Positions 39,504 to 52,709 of a DNA stretch of 64,000 nt are shown in pieces. The notes under the pieces are model-generated. The model was not told where the DNA came from. It made no database searches and was given only the letters and a program-made list of their open reading frames with translations. The translations under genes and the position numbers were made by a program. The DNA is from Deinococcus sp. (GTDB lineage: Bacteria > Deinococcota > Deinococci > Deinococcales > Deinococcaceae). The DNA lies in assembly GCA_965261005.1 (NCBI GenBank), contig OZ253375.1:1824001-1888000 (forward strand), read 5' to 3'. Positions within the stretch are counted from its first letter, which is position 1, and every line of letters begins with the position of its first letter.

Positions 39504-39555
39504 TCTCACCCGCAAGCTCGAAGGACAATCCCATCAGAACTTCCTTGACGCTGGG

Positions 39556-40449
39556 CTAGGCGAAGCTTTTGCCCAGTGCGCTCCAGACGGCCCCCGCCAC
39601 CGCGTCCTGCACCAAGGCGGCCAGCAGCAACGGGTCGGCGCTCGGCTTGGCCTGGGAAGACAGCACAAAGGCGCTGTCGCCGTCGAAAGGGGTGTGCGAC
39701 GGGCGAATGACCCGCGCCAGAGCCGCTTGCGCCGCGTCCGCGAGGCGCTTTGCCTCCGGCTTGGTTAGGGCGTGCTCGGTGGCAACGGCCAGCAGGGTGG
39801 TGTTGACGATGTCGGAGGGGGCCATGCTCGGTTCCTGAATGCCTGTTCCTAGCCCGGCCAGCAGCTCGCCTGCCGGCCCCACCACGTCGCCAAAGGGGTT
39901 CACGACGGCCAGGCAGCCCACCCGCACGCCGGCGCGCTCCACCAGGGAACTGCCCAGGCCGCCGGGAGACAACCGCTCCGGGCCGAGGTACTTCCCGACC
40001 GTCGCCCCGGTGCCCGCGCCGAAGGGGCCGGTCTCGACGGCCGCGCCGCTGGCCGCTTGGGCCGCCGCGTAGCCGCTCGCGTCGTCCGGCCGCGCCTGTG
40101 GATCACCAGTCAGCAAGTCGTAGATGACGGCCGCCGGCACCAGCGGCACCTTCGCCGCCGGGGTGGGATGCCCGACGCCGCGCTCCTCCAGAAAACGCAC
40201 GACCCCGCTCGCCGCCGCGAGGCCGAAGGCGCTGCCCCCGGTCAGCAGCAGGGCGTGAACCCGCTCGATCTTCTTGTCGGGCGAAAGCAGAATCCCCTCG
40301 CGCGTCCCCGGCGACGGCCCCAAAAAGGACGCCGACGCCAGCATCCCCCCCGGCGGCCCCAGAATGACCGTGCAGCCGGTCTGCCCCACGCGGTCGGTCC
40401 AGTGGCCGACGAGGAAGCCGGGAATGGCGGTCAGGGTGGTGTTGTCCAT
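39556..40449 (-). CDS. P1/DmpA family peptidase
   Basis: VGHWT...TGCTV, PGTRE, LTGGSAFGL, GAGTGA, NTT and HTPFDGD. Confidence 0.9.
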   Translation of the reverse strand: MDNTTLTAIPGFLVGHWTDRVGQTGCTVILGPPGGMLASASFLGPSPGTREGILLSPDKKIERVHALLLTGGSAFGLAAASGVVRFLEERGVGHPTPAAKVPLVPAAVIYDLLTGDPQARPDDASGYAAAQAASGAAVETGPFGAGTGATVGKYLGPERLSPGGLGSSLVERAGVRVGCLAVVNPFGDVVGPAGELLAGLGTGIQEPSMAPSDIVNTTLLAVATEHALTKPEAKRLADAAQAALARVIRPSHTPFDGDSAFVLSSQAKPSADPLLLAALVQDAVAGAVWSALGKSFA

Positions 40450-40455
40450 CGCTCT

Positions 40456-41100
40456 TTACATGCTCACCGAACGCCGCCCAATCGCCGCCATGAACTCCGC
40501 CCGGGTGTGGGCGTCGTCGCGGAACACGCCGCGCATGGCCGAGGTGGTGGTGGCCGAGTGCTGCTTCTCCACGCCGCGCATCGCCATGCACAGGTGGACG
40601 CCCTCCAACACGACGGCGACCCCTTTGGGAGACAGCAGCTCCTGCACGCCCTCCGCGATCTGGGCGGTGATGCGCTCCTGCACCTGAAGGCGGCGCGCGA
40701 ACATGTCGGTCAGGCGCGCGAATTTACTCAGCCCCAAAATCTTTTCATCCGGGATGTAGCCGATGTGCGCCCGGCCGTAAAACGGCAGCATGTGGTGCTC
40801 GCACATCGAGTAGAACTCAATGTCCTTGACCACCACCATCTCCGACCCCTCGGCCGCGAAGACCGCGCCGTTCGACACATCCTCCAGGGCCACGCGGTAG
40901 CCGCTGGTCAGGTATTGCCAAGCTTTCTCGACGCGGGTGGGCGTCTTTTGCAGCCCCTCGCGCTGGGGGTCCTCGCCGATCAGCTCCAGCCAGTCGCGGG
41001 TCAGCGCGGCGAGGCCGGGCGTCTTGATCTGATCCGGCGGCAAGGTGTCGCTGTCGCGCAGCTGTTCGAGTTCGTCCAAATCCGGCTCTCTTGTGGTCAC
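40456..41100 (-). CDS. folE: GTP cyclohydrolase I
   Basis: [22 protein letters not shown] and HLCMAMRG. Confidence 0.96.
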   Translation of the reverse strand: MTTREPDLDELEQLRDSDTLPPDQIKTPGLAALTRDWLELIGEDPQREGLQKTPTRVEKAWQYLTSGYRVALEDVSNGAVFAAEGSEMVVVKDIEFYSMCEHHMLPFYGRAHIGYIPDEKILGLSKFARLTDMFARRLQVQERITAQIAEGVQELLSPKGVAVVLEGVHLCMAMRGVEKQHSATTTSAMRGVFRDDAHTRAEFMAAIGRRSVSM

Positions 41101-41203
41101 GGGAATCCCTTCTATCAAGGGAGTCTAGAAGCGCGGCGCCCGGGGGACTGTCACGCCCGTCAGATATGGAGGCTGGGGACAGGCGTCCTTTCCCACAACC
41201 TGC

Positions 41204-42418
<1,215 letters not shown>

Positions 42419-42625
42419 CAAAGCCTCCCCGGCCGCGCTCCGCTGAGGGAAAAACCTGCAAAAAAAGTACGGCGCGCGGCGCCGTGTCTGAGCTTACCAA
42501 GAATGATGGGCGGCTTGACGGGGCGGAAACTGTGCGGACGCGACTGACCTCCGATTGCATTGTCGACGAGGCATCTGCTACACCTTAACCATTGAAGTGC
42601 TTCAATAGAAAGTGTTGGAGGGCGA

Positions 42626-43408
42626 ATGGGTCAGTCGTTTGTGGTCACCGGCGGAGGACAGGGTGTCGGACGCAGCATTGTTGAACGCCTCGTGCAAGCT
42701 GGGCATCACGTCGCCGTCATCGAACTCAACGAAGAAGCGCTGGCCTGGCGATCCGCTCACCCACACCACGATCGCCTGCTTCCGGTGATCGGGAGTGCTG
42801 CTGAGGAAGTCACCACCGAGCGGGCCGCTGACCTCGCCAGTGAGGCCGGACAATTGGCCGGATGGGTCAACAACGCGGCCATCTTCCGCGACACCTTCCT
42901 TCACACCTCACCTTCCAGCGAGGTGCTCGACTTGATCCACCTAAACTTCGACCCGGTCTTAGTGGGCTGTCGCACGGCCGTGAAACGCTTCTTGAAGGAG
43001 CGTTCGGGCGGGGCCATCGTCAACGTATCCTCACACCAGGCGCGGCGCCCAGTGCGTGGCGCCCTGCCGTACTCCACGGCCAAGGCCGCCATTGAAGGAC
43101 TGACGCGGGCACTCGCGGTGGAGTATGGCCCTCTCGGCATTCGCACGAACGGTGTAGCACTCGGCTCCATCGCCACAGAGCGGTACGAGGCCTATCTCCA
43201 AGGCAAAAGTCATGAACAACAGGCGGCCACCAGCGACCACATGGCGCAGCTTCATCCTCTCGGCCGGGTGGGGCAGGTGCGAGAGGTGGCGGACGCCGTG
43301 TACTTTCTCCTCTCCGGCGCAGCCTCCTTCATCAACGGTGCCATCCTTCCTGTGGACGGGGGACGGAGCGTCCTCGGCCACGACCCTGAGGCGCAGCCGT
43401 CGCCTTAA
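42626..43408 (+). CDS. SDR family oxidoreductase
   Basis: TGGGQGVG, NNAA, YSTAK and VDGG. Confidence 0.92.
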   Translation: MGQSFVVTGGGQGVGRSIVERLVQAGHHVAVIELNEEALAWRSAHPHHDRLLPVIGSAAEEVTTERAADLASEAGQLAGWVNNAAIFRDTFLHTSPSSEVLDLIHLNFDPVLVGCRTAVKRFLKERSGGAIVNVSSHQARRPVRGALPYSTAKAAIEGLTRALAVEYGPLGIRTNGVALGSIATERYEAYLQGKSHEQQAATSDHMAQLHPLGRVGQVREVADAVYFLLSGAASFINGAILPVDGGRSVLGHDPEAQPSP

Positions 43409-43440
43409 CTGACCAGTTGCACAGTTTGGAGAATAAGGCG

Positions 43441-43471
43441 AGAGGGCCTGCACGCGCGTGCAGGCCCTTTT
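43441..43471. terminator. Intrinsic terminator
   Basis: AGGGCCTGCAC-GCGC-GTGCAGGCCCT followed by TTT. Confidence 0.8.
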
Positions 43472-43482
43472 CTAAAAGCGCT

Positions 43483-44997
43483 TTACAGCATCAGGCGGAT
43501 GGGCGTTTCGAGCAGTTCCGCGACGCCCTTCAAAAAGGCCGCACCGGCGCGCAGCGGCACCTCGCCTGTCAGGGTCAGGGTGGCCTCCTGGCCGCGCATG
43601 CGGCCGATCGCCAGCACGGCGCCGCTCATGGGCAGCTCCAACTCATCCAGGCCGAGTTCGCCCGCGTCCACGACCATCAGGTCCATGTGCTGACCCGGTT
43701 GGGCCGCGTGGACGTCGGCGACGGCCGAGCGGAAGTCCCCGAGCAGGTTGGGGGTGCTCAGCGGCGTCACGTCGTCCGCCACGCCCAGCACGCCCACGCC
43801 GGCCAGACCGAGCGTTCCCGCGTGACGGGCGGCGGCGCGCGCCACGAACAGCGCGAGGGGAGCGGGACGCCCGAAGTGCTCGCTCAGGTGGGCGCGCGCG
43901 CTCGACAGCGCCGAGGCGTCGAAGCTCAGGCGCAGGGTCGCCGTTTGCCGGTAAGCCGCTGGTCCGGTGGAAGTCTGCGCCGGCACGGCCGCCGGGGTGG
44001 GGCTGGCGACGGGGCTGGCAGCGGCGGGCGCGCTGGGAACATACACCTCGCGCACGAGGGGCGCTGGCTGCTCCGGTGCGGTGGCCCGCTCCGCCTGAAC
44101 GGGTTCCGGCGCCGCTTGCTGCGTGGGCGCGACTGGTTCCTGCCGACTTGGTTCTTGCCGGCTCGGTTCGGGCTGAACTGGCTCTGGCTGACTCGGCTCC
44201 TGAACTGGCTCGGGCTGACGCTCGGTGCGGTACAGGCTCGACAGCAGGCTGCCGGTAGACGCCGCGCTGGCCTGCGGATCGTGCCAGCCGCTTTCCTCTT
44301 CGCTGGGTACGTTCTCGGTGTCGGCAATGCCGTCCTCGGGGTCCCCCTGCACGGCGGGCGACCCCTCGGGCAGGCCCATCGGGTTTTCGCTGGGGTGCGG
44401 TGGGGCATCTTGGGCCGGGTCCACGTAGGCGGGGGTGGGGCTGGAGGTCGGCTCGGTCAAGGGCCGGGCGGGCATGCCGGGGTTGAGGGCGCCGGGAATG
44501 ATGGCGGTGTCGGGCCGCACCGGATTCTCGATCACCTCGGCGCCGGCGAACTCGGCGTCCTCCAGCTCGTGGGCCATGTCCTCGGGGTCGCGCGTGACGG
44601 CGGCGCGCTCGCGCTCTTCGCGCTCCGTATCCGCTTGAAGCCTGGCGTCTTGAAGCGGCTCGTCCTCGAACTCCAACTCGAAGTCCAGCGCGTCCGTGTT
44701 CAGCTGCGGACTCAGCTCCGGATTCGCCGGGCGCGCGCTCGACACGAAGTTGGCGATGTCGCTGTCCACCCCGGCGGCGGACAGCATCTCCAAGCTGGGC
44801 GCCTCGCCGTTCCAATCGGGCGGCGGCAAGTCCACCGGCGTCGCGGGCGGCTCCTCCTCGCCGCTCATCACGCGCGTGAGGTAGTTGAGAATGTCCTGCT
44901 CGACCACCTCCCCTTGGTTGCCGCTGCCATCAATCCTGCGCCAATCGATGCCGTTGGCCTCTGCCAGTACCCTCGCCAACGGAGCAATCATCTCCAT
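43483..44997 (-). CDS. E3-binding (PSBD) domain protein with long acidic/Pro linker and degenerate E2-like C-terminus
   Basis: IAPLARVLAEANGIDWRRIDGSG..G.V...D is a PSBD; C-terminus FLKGVAELLETP; AAGGGG SD. Confidence 0.8.
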   Translation of the reverse strand: MEMIAPLARVLAEANGIDWRRIDGSGNQGEVVEQDILNYLTRVMSGEEEPPATPVDLPPPDWNGEAPSLEMLSAAGVDSDIANFVSSARPANPELSPQLNTDALDFELEFEDEPLQDARLQADTEREERERAAVTRDPEDMAHELEDAEFAGAEVIENPVRPDTAIIPGALNPGMPARPLTEPTSSPTPAYVDPAQDAPPHPSENPMGLPEGSPAVQGDPEDGIADTENVPSEEESGWHDPQASAASTGSLLSSLYRTERQPEPVQEPSQPEPVQPEPSRQEPSRQEPVAPTQQAAPEPVQAERATAPEQPAPLVREVYVPSAPAAASPVASPTPAAVPAQTSTGPAAYRQTATLRLSFDASALSSARAHLSEHFGRPAPLALFVARAAARHAGTLGLAGVGVLGVADDVTPLSTPNLLGDFRSAVADVHAAQPGQHMDLMVVDAGELGLDELELPMSGAVLAIGRMRGQEATLTLTGEVPLRAGAAFLKGVAELLETPIRLML

Positions 44998-45300
44998 GTC
45001 TTCCCCTTTCGCGTCCGCTTTCGGCTGGGCGCCCTGAGCACCGGCGCGCGCGCGCTCCGCCGGTCGTGCTTGCAAACTTTGGAACAGTTTCTCATCAGCG
45101 TCGGTCCTGCCTGCATCATATGGTGTCGGGGTCTTACATCTTTCTGACAAACCTCTTGATAAGGCGCCACGCCGGGACGGTCAGCCAATCCCAACCCACT
45201 CTACCCCGTCCGGCCCCCTTTTGTGAGATGTGGCGCTTTTCGGCCAACCCTTCGGTGTGGCCGGGACCAATTGCTCGCCCCCCACGCCTAGACTGCCCGC

Positions 45301-47142
45301 ATGGCTTTTCCCGATTTGCAAAGCTTTGTCGCCCTGCTGGAGGCGCGCGGTGAACTCGTGCGGGTGTCCGTGCCGGTGGACCCTAAGCTCGAAATCACCG
45401 AGATCGCCGACCGCCTCGTGAAGCGTGGCGGCCCCGCCGTCTTGTTCGATCGCGTCTTGGGCAGCGACTTCCCTTTGGTCATCGGCTTGTTAGGAACGCG
45501 TGAGCGCATGGCGCTGGCCCTCGGGGTCGTGGACCTGGACGATTTGGGACGCAAGGTGTGCGACCTGCTGGACCTCAAGATGGGGTCGGGGCTGGGCGGC
45601 CTCCTGTCCAACCTGCCCAAGCTGCGCGAGGTGGCCAGCTTGCCGCCCAGGCGGGTGCGGCGCGCCCCGGTACAGGAAGTGGTGTGGCGCGGGGACGAGG
45701 TGGACCTGACCAAGCTGCCGGTGCTGACCTGCTGGCCCCAAGACGGCGGCCCCTTTGTCACGTTGCCGCTGGTCATCACGCGGGACCCCGCCACGGGGGA
45801 AACCAATATGGGCATGTACCGCATGCAGGTGATGGGGCCGCAGGAGACTGGCATGCACTGGCAGCGCCACAAGACCGGCGCGCGCCACCTGGAAAGCGCC
45901 GGCAGGCTCGGCCAGAAGCTGGAGGTCGCGGTGGCCCTGGGCGGCGACCCGGCCCTGATCTACGCCGCCACCGCCCCGCTGCCCCCCGTGCCGGGCCTGA
46001 CTGAGTTCGCCCTCGCGGGCTACCTGCGCGGCCAGCGCTCCCCGGTCGTCAAGGGCGTGACGGTGGACCTCGACGTGCCCGCCAACGCCGAGTTTATCTT
46101 GGAGGGTTACGTGGACCCCGCCGAGCCTTGGCAGCCCGAGGGACCCTTCGGCGACCACACCGGCTTTTACACCCCGGTGGACTTGTACCCGCGCTTTCAC
46201 GTCACGGCCGTGACCATGCGCCGGAACCCCATCTATCCCGCGACCATCGTCGGCCGCCCCCCCATGGAGGACGCCTACCTGATCGAGGCGTCCGAGCGGC
46301 TGTTTCTGCCCGCCGCCCAATTGATTCTGCCGGAGATCGTGGACTACCACCTGCCGCCGGCGGGCGTGGCGCACAACCTGGTGGTGGTCAGCATCAAGAA
46401 GCAGTATCCCGGCCAAGCCTATAAGGCGGCGCAGGGCCTCCTCGGCCTCGGCCAGATGATGTTCGCCAAGGTGGTGGTCGTTGTGGACGCGGAGGTCCCC
46501 GTGACCGATTCCGAGCGGGTGTGGCGCGAGGTGGCGCGCAGGGCCGTGCCGGGGCGTGACACCCTGATCACGCGCGGCCCCGCCGACGTGCTCGACCATT
46601 CCAGCGGGGCCTGGAGCTTTGGGGGCAAGCTGATCGTGGACGCCACGACCAAGCGGCCGGAGGAGGTTGGGGCGGCGGTCAGCTCGCGCCCCGGCGAAGC
46701 CGACGAACGGGAAGAAGCGGGGTACGAACCCTTCTTGGGCGCGGCCTACAGCTCTGAAATTGAGGGCGTTACCGAGACGTACCACAACGGCGACGGCTAC
46801 TGGGTCGTCAAGGTGGACAAGTCGCGGCTCGGCCAGAGCGCCCAACTTCTGGGTGAAGCTTTGGCGAGCCACGAGGCGGCAGGGGGCGTCCGCCACATCC
46901 TGCTGGTGGACGAGCGCACAAACGTGCGCGACCGTCAGGACGTGTGGTGGACGGTCCTCAACAACATCGACCCCGAGCGCGACGTGCGGGCGGTGAACGG
47001 CAAGCTGATCTGGGACGCGACCCGCAAGTTGCCGGAAGAAGGCTTCACCCGCATCTGGCCCGACAAGATCGAAATGACGCCCGCCATTCAGGCAAAGGTG
47101 AGCGCGCGCTGGCACCTGTACGGCCTTTCCAGGGAGGCGTGA
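45301..47142 (+). CDS. UbiD-family decarboxylase (menaquinone futalosine-pathway type)
   Basis: CWPQDGG, NMGMYR, EGPFGDHTGFY and GRPPMED; duplicated C-terminal domain. Confidence 0.92.
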   Translation: MAFPDLQSFVALLEARGELVRVSVPVDPKLEITEIADRLVKRGGPAVLFDRVLGSDFPLVIGLLGTRERMALALGVVDLDDLGRKVCDLLDLKMGSGLGGLLSNLPKLREVASLPPRRVRRAPVQEVVWRGDEVDLTKLPVLTCWPQDGGPFVTLPLVITRDPATGETNMGMYRMQVMGPQETGMHWQRHKTGARHLESAGRLGQKLEVAVALGGDPALIYAATAPLPPVPGLTEFALAGYLRGQRSPVVKGVTVDLDVPANAEFILEGYVDPAEPWQPEGPFGDHTGFYTPVDLYPRFHVTAVTMRRNPIYPATIVGRPPMEDAYLIEASERLFLPAAQLILPEIVDYHLPPAGVAHNLVVVSIKKQYPGQAYKAAQGLLGLGQMMFAKVVVVVDAEVPVTDSERVWREVARRAVPGRDTLITRGPADVLDHSSGAWSFGGKLIVDATTKRPEEVGAAVSSRPGEADEREEAGYEPFLGAAYSSEIEGVTETYHNGDGYWVVKVDKSRLGQSAQLLGEALASHEAAGGVRHILLVDERTNVRDRQDVWWTVLNNIDPERDVRAVNGKLIWDATRKLPEEGFTRIWPDKIEMTPAIQAKVSARWHLYGLSREA

Positions 47143-47173
47143 CCCCGTTTACCCGGTACCCCGGTTGGGGGAC

Positions 47174-47202
47174 TTGACAGATTCCCGCCTAGCCCATATA
47201 TT
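47174..47202 (+). promoter_or_regulatory. Sigma-A rRNA promoter
   Basis: TTGACA-17 nt-TATATT. Confidence 0.85.
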
Positions 47203-47363
47203 AACCAAGCCTTTTCGAAGGCGGGGCATATGACAAGGGAAGAGGAAGCGAGCGAGGGGTGCATCCGACAGGGTGTGGCATCCGGGCCGAGAGGTCTCCA
47301 GAGGTGCGAAAGAGCAGGACCAGCAGTTGTGAGCAACGGTCTACGGACTGAAGGTTCAACCAT

Positions 47364-48876
<1,513 letters not shown>

Positions 48877-48911
48877 ACCTCCTCGCCTATCCCTCTTCCC
48901 CACATGCCTTC

Positions 48912-48947
48912 AGTCCCCTGGTCGAAAGATCCGGGGACTTCCCTTTT
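48912..48947 (+). terminator. Terminator after 16S
   Basis: AGTCCCC...GGGGACT followed by TCCCTTTT. Confidence 0.7.
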
Positions 48948-48999
48948 GCCTCAAGATCGGCTGTTGGCCGCTCTATTCGTACTTGGTCTAGCTTGAAGC

Positions 49000-49575
49000 A
49001 TGTCTTCTCTCCGCCCCCACGACCGCGACCACCTGCAAGAAGCCCTGCGCCTGGCGCGCACCTCGCCCGAGTTTGGCTCATCGCCGGTGGGGGCGGTGCT
49101 GGCGGACAGGGACGGGAGGGTCATTGCGCGCGGGCGCAACCGGGTCAATGAGGCGTGGGACCTGGCCGGCAAGCATGTCGGTGACGCCTCCTTCGCCCAC
49201 GCCGAGATGGACATCTACTTTCAGGTCGGCCACATCGAGGACGCTGGGGGCTGCACCCTCTACACCTCGCTCGAACCCTGCCTGATGTGCGGCGGCGCGG
49301 CGGGCATGGTGGGCCTGGGGCGCTTGGTGTGGGCCTGCGACGACCCCTGGGGTGGCTCCGGGCGCTTGATCGCTTGGAACGAGCATCCCGCCTTTAGGGA
49401 GATCGAGATCGTGGCGTGCCCTTACGGCGACCTGGAGCGCGAGGCCGCCGCGCTGTTCGCCCCCGAGGCCAAGCGCGCCTACCCGGAGGAGGGCTGGCGT
49501 AAGTGGCAGGGGCGCTACCCGGAGGTTGCGGAACGGGTAGACGCAGAGAGGTTGAAGGCGCCGCAAGAGAGGTAA
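49000..49575 (+). CDS. Zn-dependent nucleoside deaminase family
   Basis: PVGAVL, HAE and LEPCLMC. Confidence 0.92.
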   Translation: MSSLRPHDRDHLQEALRLARTSPEFGSSPVGAVLADRDGRVIARGRNRVNEAWDLAGKHVGDASFAHAEMDIYFQVGHIEDAGGCTLYTSLEPCLMCGGAAGMVGLGRLVWACDDPWGGSGRLIAWNEHPAFREIEIVACPYGDLEREAAALFAPEAKRAYPEEGWRKWQGRYPEVAERVDAERLKAPQER

Positions 49576-49577
49576 AT

Positions 49578-50663
49578 CTACGGCGCTTCTCGCGCCAGCA
49601 GTTCCGCCAGGGCCGCCGCGTGCGTCTCCAAGTCCTCGACTGAAATGGCCTCGCGGGTGGTGTGGGCCAGCGCCTGGTCGCCGGGTCCCCAGCCCACCGT
49701 GGGCCAGCCAGCCTTGGCGGTGTAGCGCCCGTCGGTCGCAAAGGACCACAGGCCCGACTCCGGGCGCTGGGTATAGGGCAGCACTTTCCGGGCCAGCGGG
49801 CTGTCCGGTTCGGTGGCGAAGCCGGGGGTGTTTTTGGGCGTCCACATGGGAGCGACTTCACCTGTGGCGGGCAAGCCCTTCAGCAATTCAGCCAGTGTCT
49901 CCCGCATCTGCGCCTCCGATTCGCTGCCGCGCCAATCGAGCGTGACAACCGCCGTGTTGGAAGTCAGATTTTCGCTGCCCGAGTCAGTCACGACTTGGGT
50001 GGGCGTCAGCGTGGACCGTCCTACGACCGGGTGCGTCGGCAGCTCAAGCGCCTGCACGCGCCGCAGCAATTCCCCCAACGCGAAGAGCGGGTTCTCTGGC
50101 AGGGCCAAGCTGGCGTGGTGGGCCGCGCCGCGCAGCGTGACCTGCACGTGCGCCACGCCCCGGTGCCCCAGCATCAGCTGGTTCCCGGAAGGCTCGCCCA
50201 CGATGACAGCGCCGATCTCGGCGGGTGGGTGCGCGACCAGGTGGGCCGCGCCCGCCCCGCCGACCTCCTCCTCGGTGACGCTGGCGAGCCACACGTCGCG
50301 TTTGGGACGTTTTCCAGTTGCCAGCAGCTTTGCCAGGGCGTAGGTTTGCGCCGCCAGCGGCCCCTTGATGTCCACGGCGCCGCGCCCGTGGACCATCCCT
50401 CCTGCGAGGACGCCCTCAAAGGGGGAATGCGTCCACAAGCTGGGGTCGCCCTCGTGGACGTGATCGAGGTGGGTGAGCAGCAGCCAAGCCGGGCCGCCCT
50501 CTTCGCCGCGCACCAAGCCCAGCGCGTTGCCGGCGGCGTCGGTGCGCGCCTCGTCGAAGCCGAGTTCCCGCCACTCGACCAGCACGCGCCGCGCCAGCTC
50601 ACCTTCCTGGCCGGGCACGGAGCGAATGCGGATCAGGTCGCGCAAAAAGTCGGTCGCGGTCAT
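49578..50663 (-). CDS. M20 family metallo-hydrolase
   Basis: HLDHV, GRGAVDIKG, EEVGG, GEP and AHT. Confidence 0.92.
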   Translation of the reverse strand: MTATDFLRDLIRIRSVPGQEGELARRVLVEWRELGFDEARTDAAGNALGLVRGEEGGPAWLLLTHLDHVHEGDPSLWTHSPFEGVLAGGMVHGRGAVDIKGPLAAQTYALAKLLATGKRPKRDVWLASVTEEEVGGAGAAHLVAHPPAEIGAVIVGEPSGNQLMLGHRGVAHVQVTLRGAAHHASLALPENPLFALGELLRRVQALELPTHPVVGRSTLTPTQVVTDSGSENLTSNTAVVTLDWRGSESEAQMRETLAELLKGLPATGEVAPMWTPKNTPGFATEPDSPLARKVLPYTQRPESGLWSFATDGRYTAKAGWPTVGWGPGDQALAHTTREAISVEDLETHAAALAELLAREAP

Positions 50664-50730
50664 GCGGGGATGCTAGCGCCTACACAAGTGAGCGGGGCGG
50701 CCGAAGCCGCCCCGCCCTTGACCACCGCTC

Positions 50731-51390
50731 TCAGTTCGCGCTGTTCGCGGTCTCGGCCTCGAAGTTGCGCTTGAAGTTCTGAAGGTCGTCGGCGATCTGG
50801 ACGCTGGGTTCCTCGCCGAACAGCTTGGCGACGGCGGCGCCCAGTTGGCCGGCGGGCGGGCGGTACGAAAGCGCCACATGAACGCGGGTGGAGCCGCCGG
50901 GCAAGCTCTCGAACTGCACGCTGCCGGCGTTGTCCACGGTGGCGCCGGGCAGCGAGTGCCAGCCGATGCGCTCGCCGGGCTTGTCGTTCACGATCTCGGC
51001 GTCCCACTCGACGTGGGTGCCGAGGGGCGCCTTGGCGACCCAGTGCGAGCGGCGGTCGTCTTGCTCGGTCACCGTCTCCAGGTGGCTCATAATCTGGGGC
51101 AGGTTCTCCAGCTTGCGCCAGTAGCTGTAGACCTCCTGCGCGGGCCGGTCAATCACGATGGAGTGTTCCACGAAGATGGGCTTGCTGTTGGCCGCGCCCG
51201 CCGAGGCGGTGTTCATGCCGGCCGCCGCGTAAGCCGGGTCGTGGCCGCTGGCGCCGCGAAACACCAGGTAGCCGCCGGCCGCCGCGAGCAAGAGACCGCC
51301 GAAGCCGCCGCGCCTGAGGCCCAGCAAGGCGAGCACGCCGCCGGCCGCCGCCGAAATCATCCGTTCATTGCTGCTGACGTTGGTTTCCAT
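50731..51390 (-). CDS. SRPBCC family protein with N-terminal membrane hairpin
   Basis: [32 protein letters not shown] and LFGEEP. Confidence 0.9.
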   Translation of the reverse strand: METNVSSNERMISAAAGGVLALLGLRRGGFGGLLLAAAGGYLVFRGASGHDPAYAAAGMNTASAGAANSKPIFVEHSIVIDRPAQEVYSYWRKLENLPQIMSHLETVTEQDDRRSHWVAKAPLGTHVEWDAEIVNDKPGERIGWHSLPGATVDNAGSVQFESLPGGSTRVHVALSYRPPAGQLGAAVAKLFGEEPSVQIADDLQNFKRNFEAETANSAN

Positions 51391-51442
51391 AGATCCTCCT
51401 TCTGATCTTTCCTATCCTGAACCAAAACGCCGCCGGGTGTAT

Positions 51443-52432
51443 TCATGCTTTCTGAACGACCGGCGCTTTCGCCCGTGACCAAAATTGCCCCAGGGCCGCC
51501 GCCGTCCCGTCCGGCGCGTCGAACTGCGGCAGGCCGCGCGTGCCGGGGATGCGCTCGGCGCGCACGTTGGGGTTGTTGTCCATCAGCTCGGGCAGGCGGT
51601 CGAAGTTGACAAAGGCGTCTTGGTCGTACAGCACCAGCGTGGGCACGTTCAATTGGGCGTACAGCTTCTCGAAGGCATTCCGGGTGAACAGCGACCCCGA
51701 GAGAAAATACAATGGCGCGTGCCGCGCGCCGGGGCGGTGGCCGCTGAGGTAGCCGTAGTCGGCGAGGGGCTGGTCCACGGGTCCCGCGAAGCTTCGCTTG
51801 AGAAAGTAGACGATGCTGGGGCGCGTGACGATCAGGTCATAGAGGGCCTGCGCCCACAGCGGAAAGGCCAACTGACGGTGAAGCCGTTCGGTCGCGCCCT
51901 CAGCGTTGGCCCGCTGGGTTCCGCCGCGCGGACTGCCCAAGCCGCTGGGCGAGATCAGGGTGAGCGAGCGCACCCCGCCGCCCTCCAGCGCGGCGCGCGC
52001 CGCGAACTCCGACCCCAGCGACAGCGCCACCACGTCCGCCTCGCCCGTCCGCTCCAGCAACGCCCGCGCAGACCGCGCGAACAGCTCCGGCGTGTAGCGC
52101 ACGTCCGGCCGCTCCGAGTGGCCGAAGCCGGGCCAATCCAGGGCGAACACCGGCCGCTCGCCGCGAAAGCGCCCGAACAGGGGGCGCATCTCGGCGCTGG
52201 ACGCGGCGGCGTTGACCGAGTGCAACAGGATGAGCGGGCGCCCGCTGCCCGAACGGTCGGCGTACAGCGCCAAGCGTCCGAAGCCAGGCAGCTCGAAGTC
52301 CTCACGCCCCGCGTCGAGGGCGCGCGGCAGCGGCAAATCGTGCGCCAGGGCGAGGCGGCTGTACGCCAGCCAGCCCAGCAAGCCCAAGCCGGCCAGCTTG
52401 ACGGCCCCACCGATTTTGGACAGGACGCTCAA
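51443..52432 (-). CDS. Alpha/beta-fold hydrolase
   Basis: LLHSVNAAAS, DWPGFGHS and ALSLG; start uncertain (52432 or 52438). Confidence 0.85.
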   Translation of the reverse strand: MSVLSKIGGAVKLAGLGLLGWLAYSRLALAHDLPLPRALDAGREDFELPGFGRLALYADRSGSGRPLILLHSVNAAASSAEMRPLFGRFRGERPVFALDWPGFGHSERPDVRYTPELFARSARALLERTGEADVVALSLGSEFAARAALEGGGVRSLTLISPSGLGSPRGGTQRANAEGATERLHRQLAFPLWAQALYDLIVTRPSIVYFLKRSFAGPVDQPLADYGYLSGHRPGARHAPLYFLSGSLFTRNAFEKLYAQLNVPTLVLYDQDAFVNFDRLPELMDNNPNVRAERIPGTRGLPQFDAPDGTAAALGQFWSRAKAPVVQKA

Positions 52433-52442
52433 GCCCACTCGC

Positions 52443-52709
52443 TCACTCGCCGTCCGTCTTTTGGCGCTCGCCCACGGCGTCTTGCATGGCCTCCTCACCC
52501 TGCGGGGTGTTGGACAGGGCCGGGTCGAGGTTAGTGTTCATGCCGGCCGTCGCGTCGGTGGGGTCGTCACTCATGTAGCCGGTCGGCGTGTCGGGCACGA
52601 CCGGGTCGGTTTCGCCCTCGTGCGCCTTGTCCGGCATGGCGCTCGACCCGCCGCTGTAGCTGGTGTCGTAGCCGCGCAGGCCCTTCACCTCATCCTGATC
52701 TTCAGTCAT
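52443..52709 (-). CDS. Small acidic hydrophilic protein
   Basis: 88 aa, D/E/G/T-rich; GGAGAGG SD; overlaps the upstream gene. Confidence 0.75.
   Translation of the reverse strand: MTEDQDEVKGLRGYDTSYSGGSSAMPDKAHEGETDPVVPDTPTGYMSDDPTDATAGMNTNLDPALSNTPQGEEAMQDAVGERQKTDGE

Noticed and set aside
49578..50663. Specific call as lysK, argE or dapE
   Set aside because: Only family-level M20 motifs are visible and there is no pathway context
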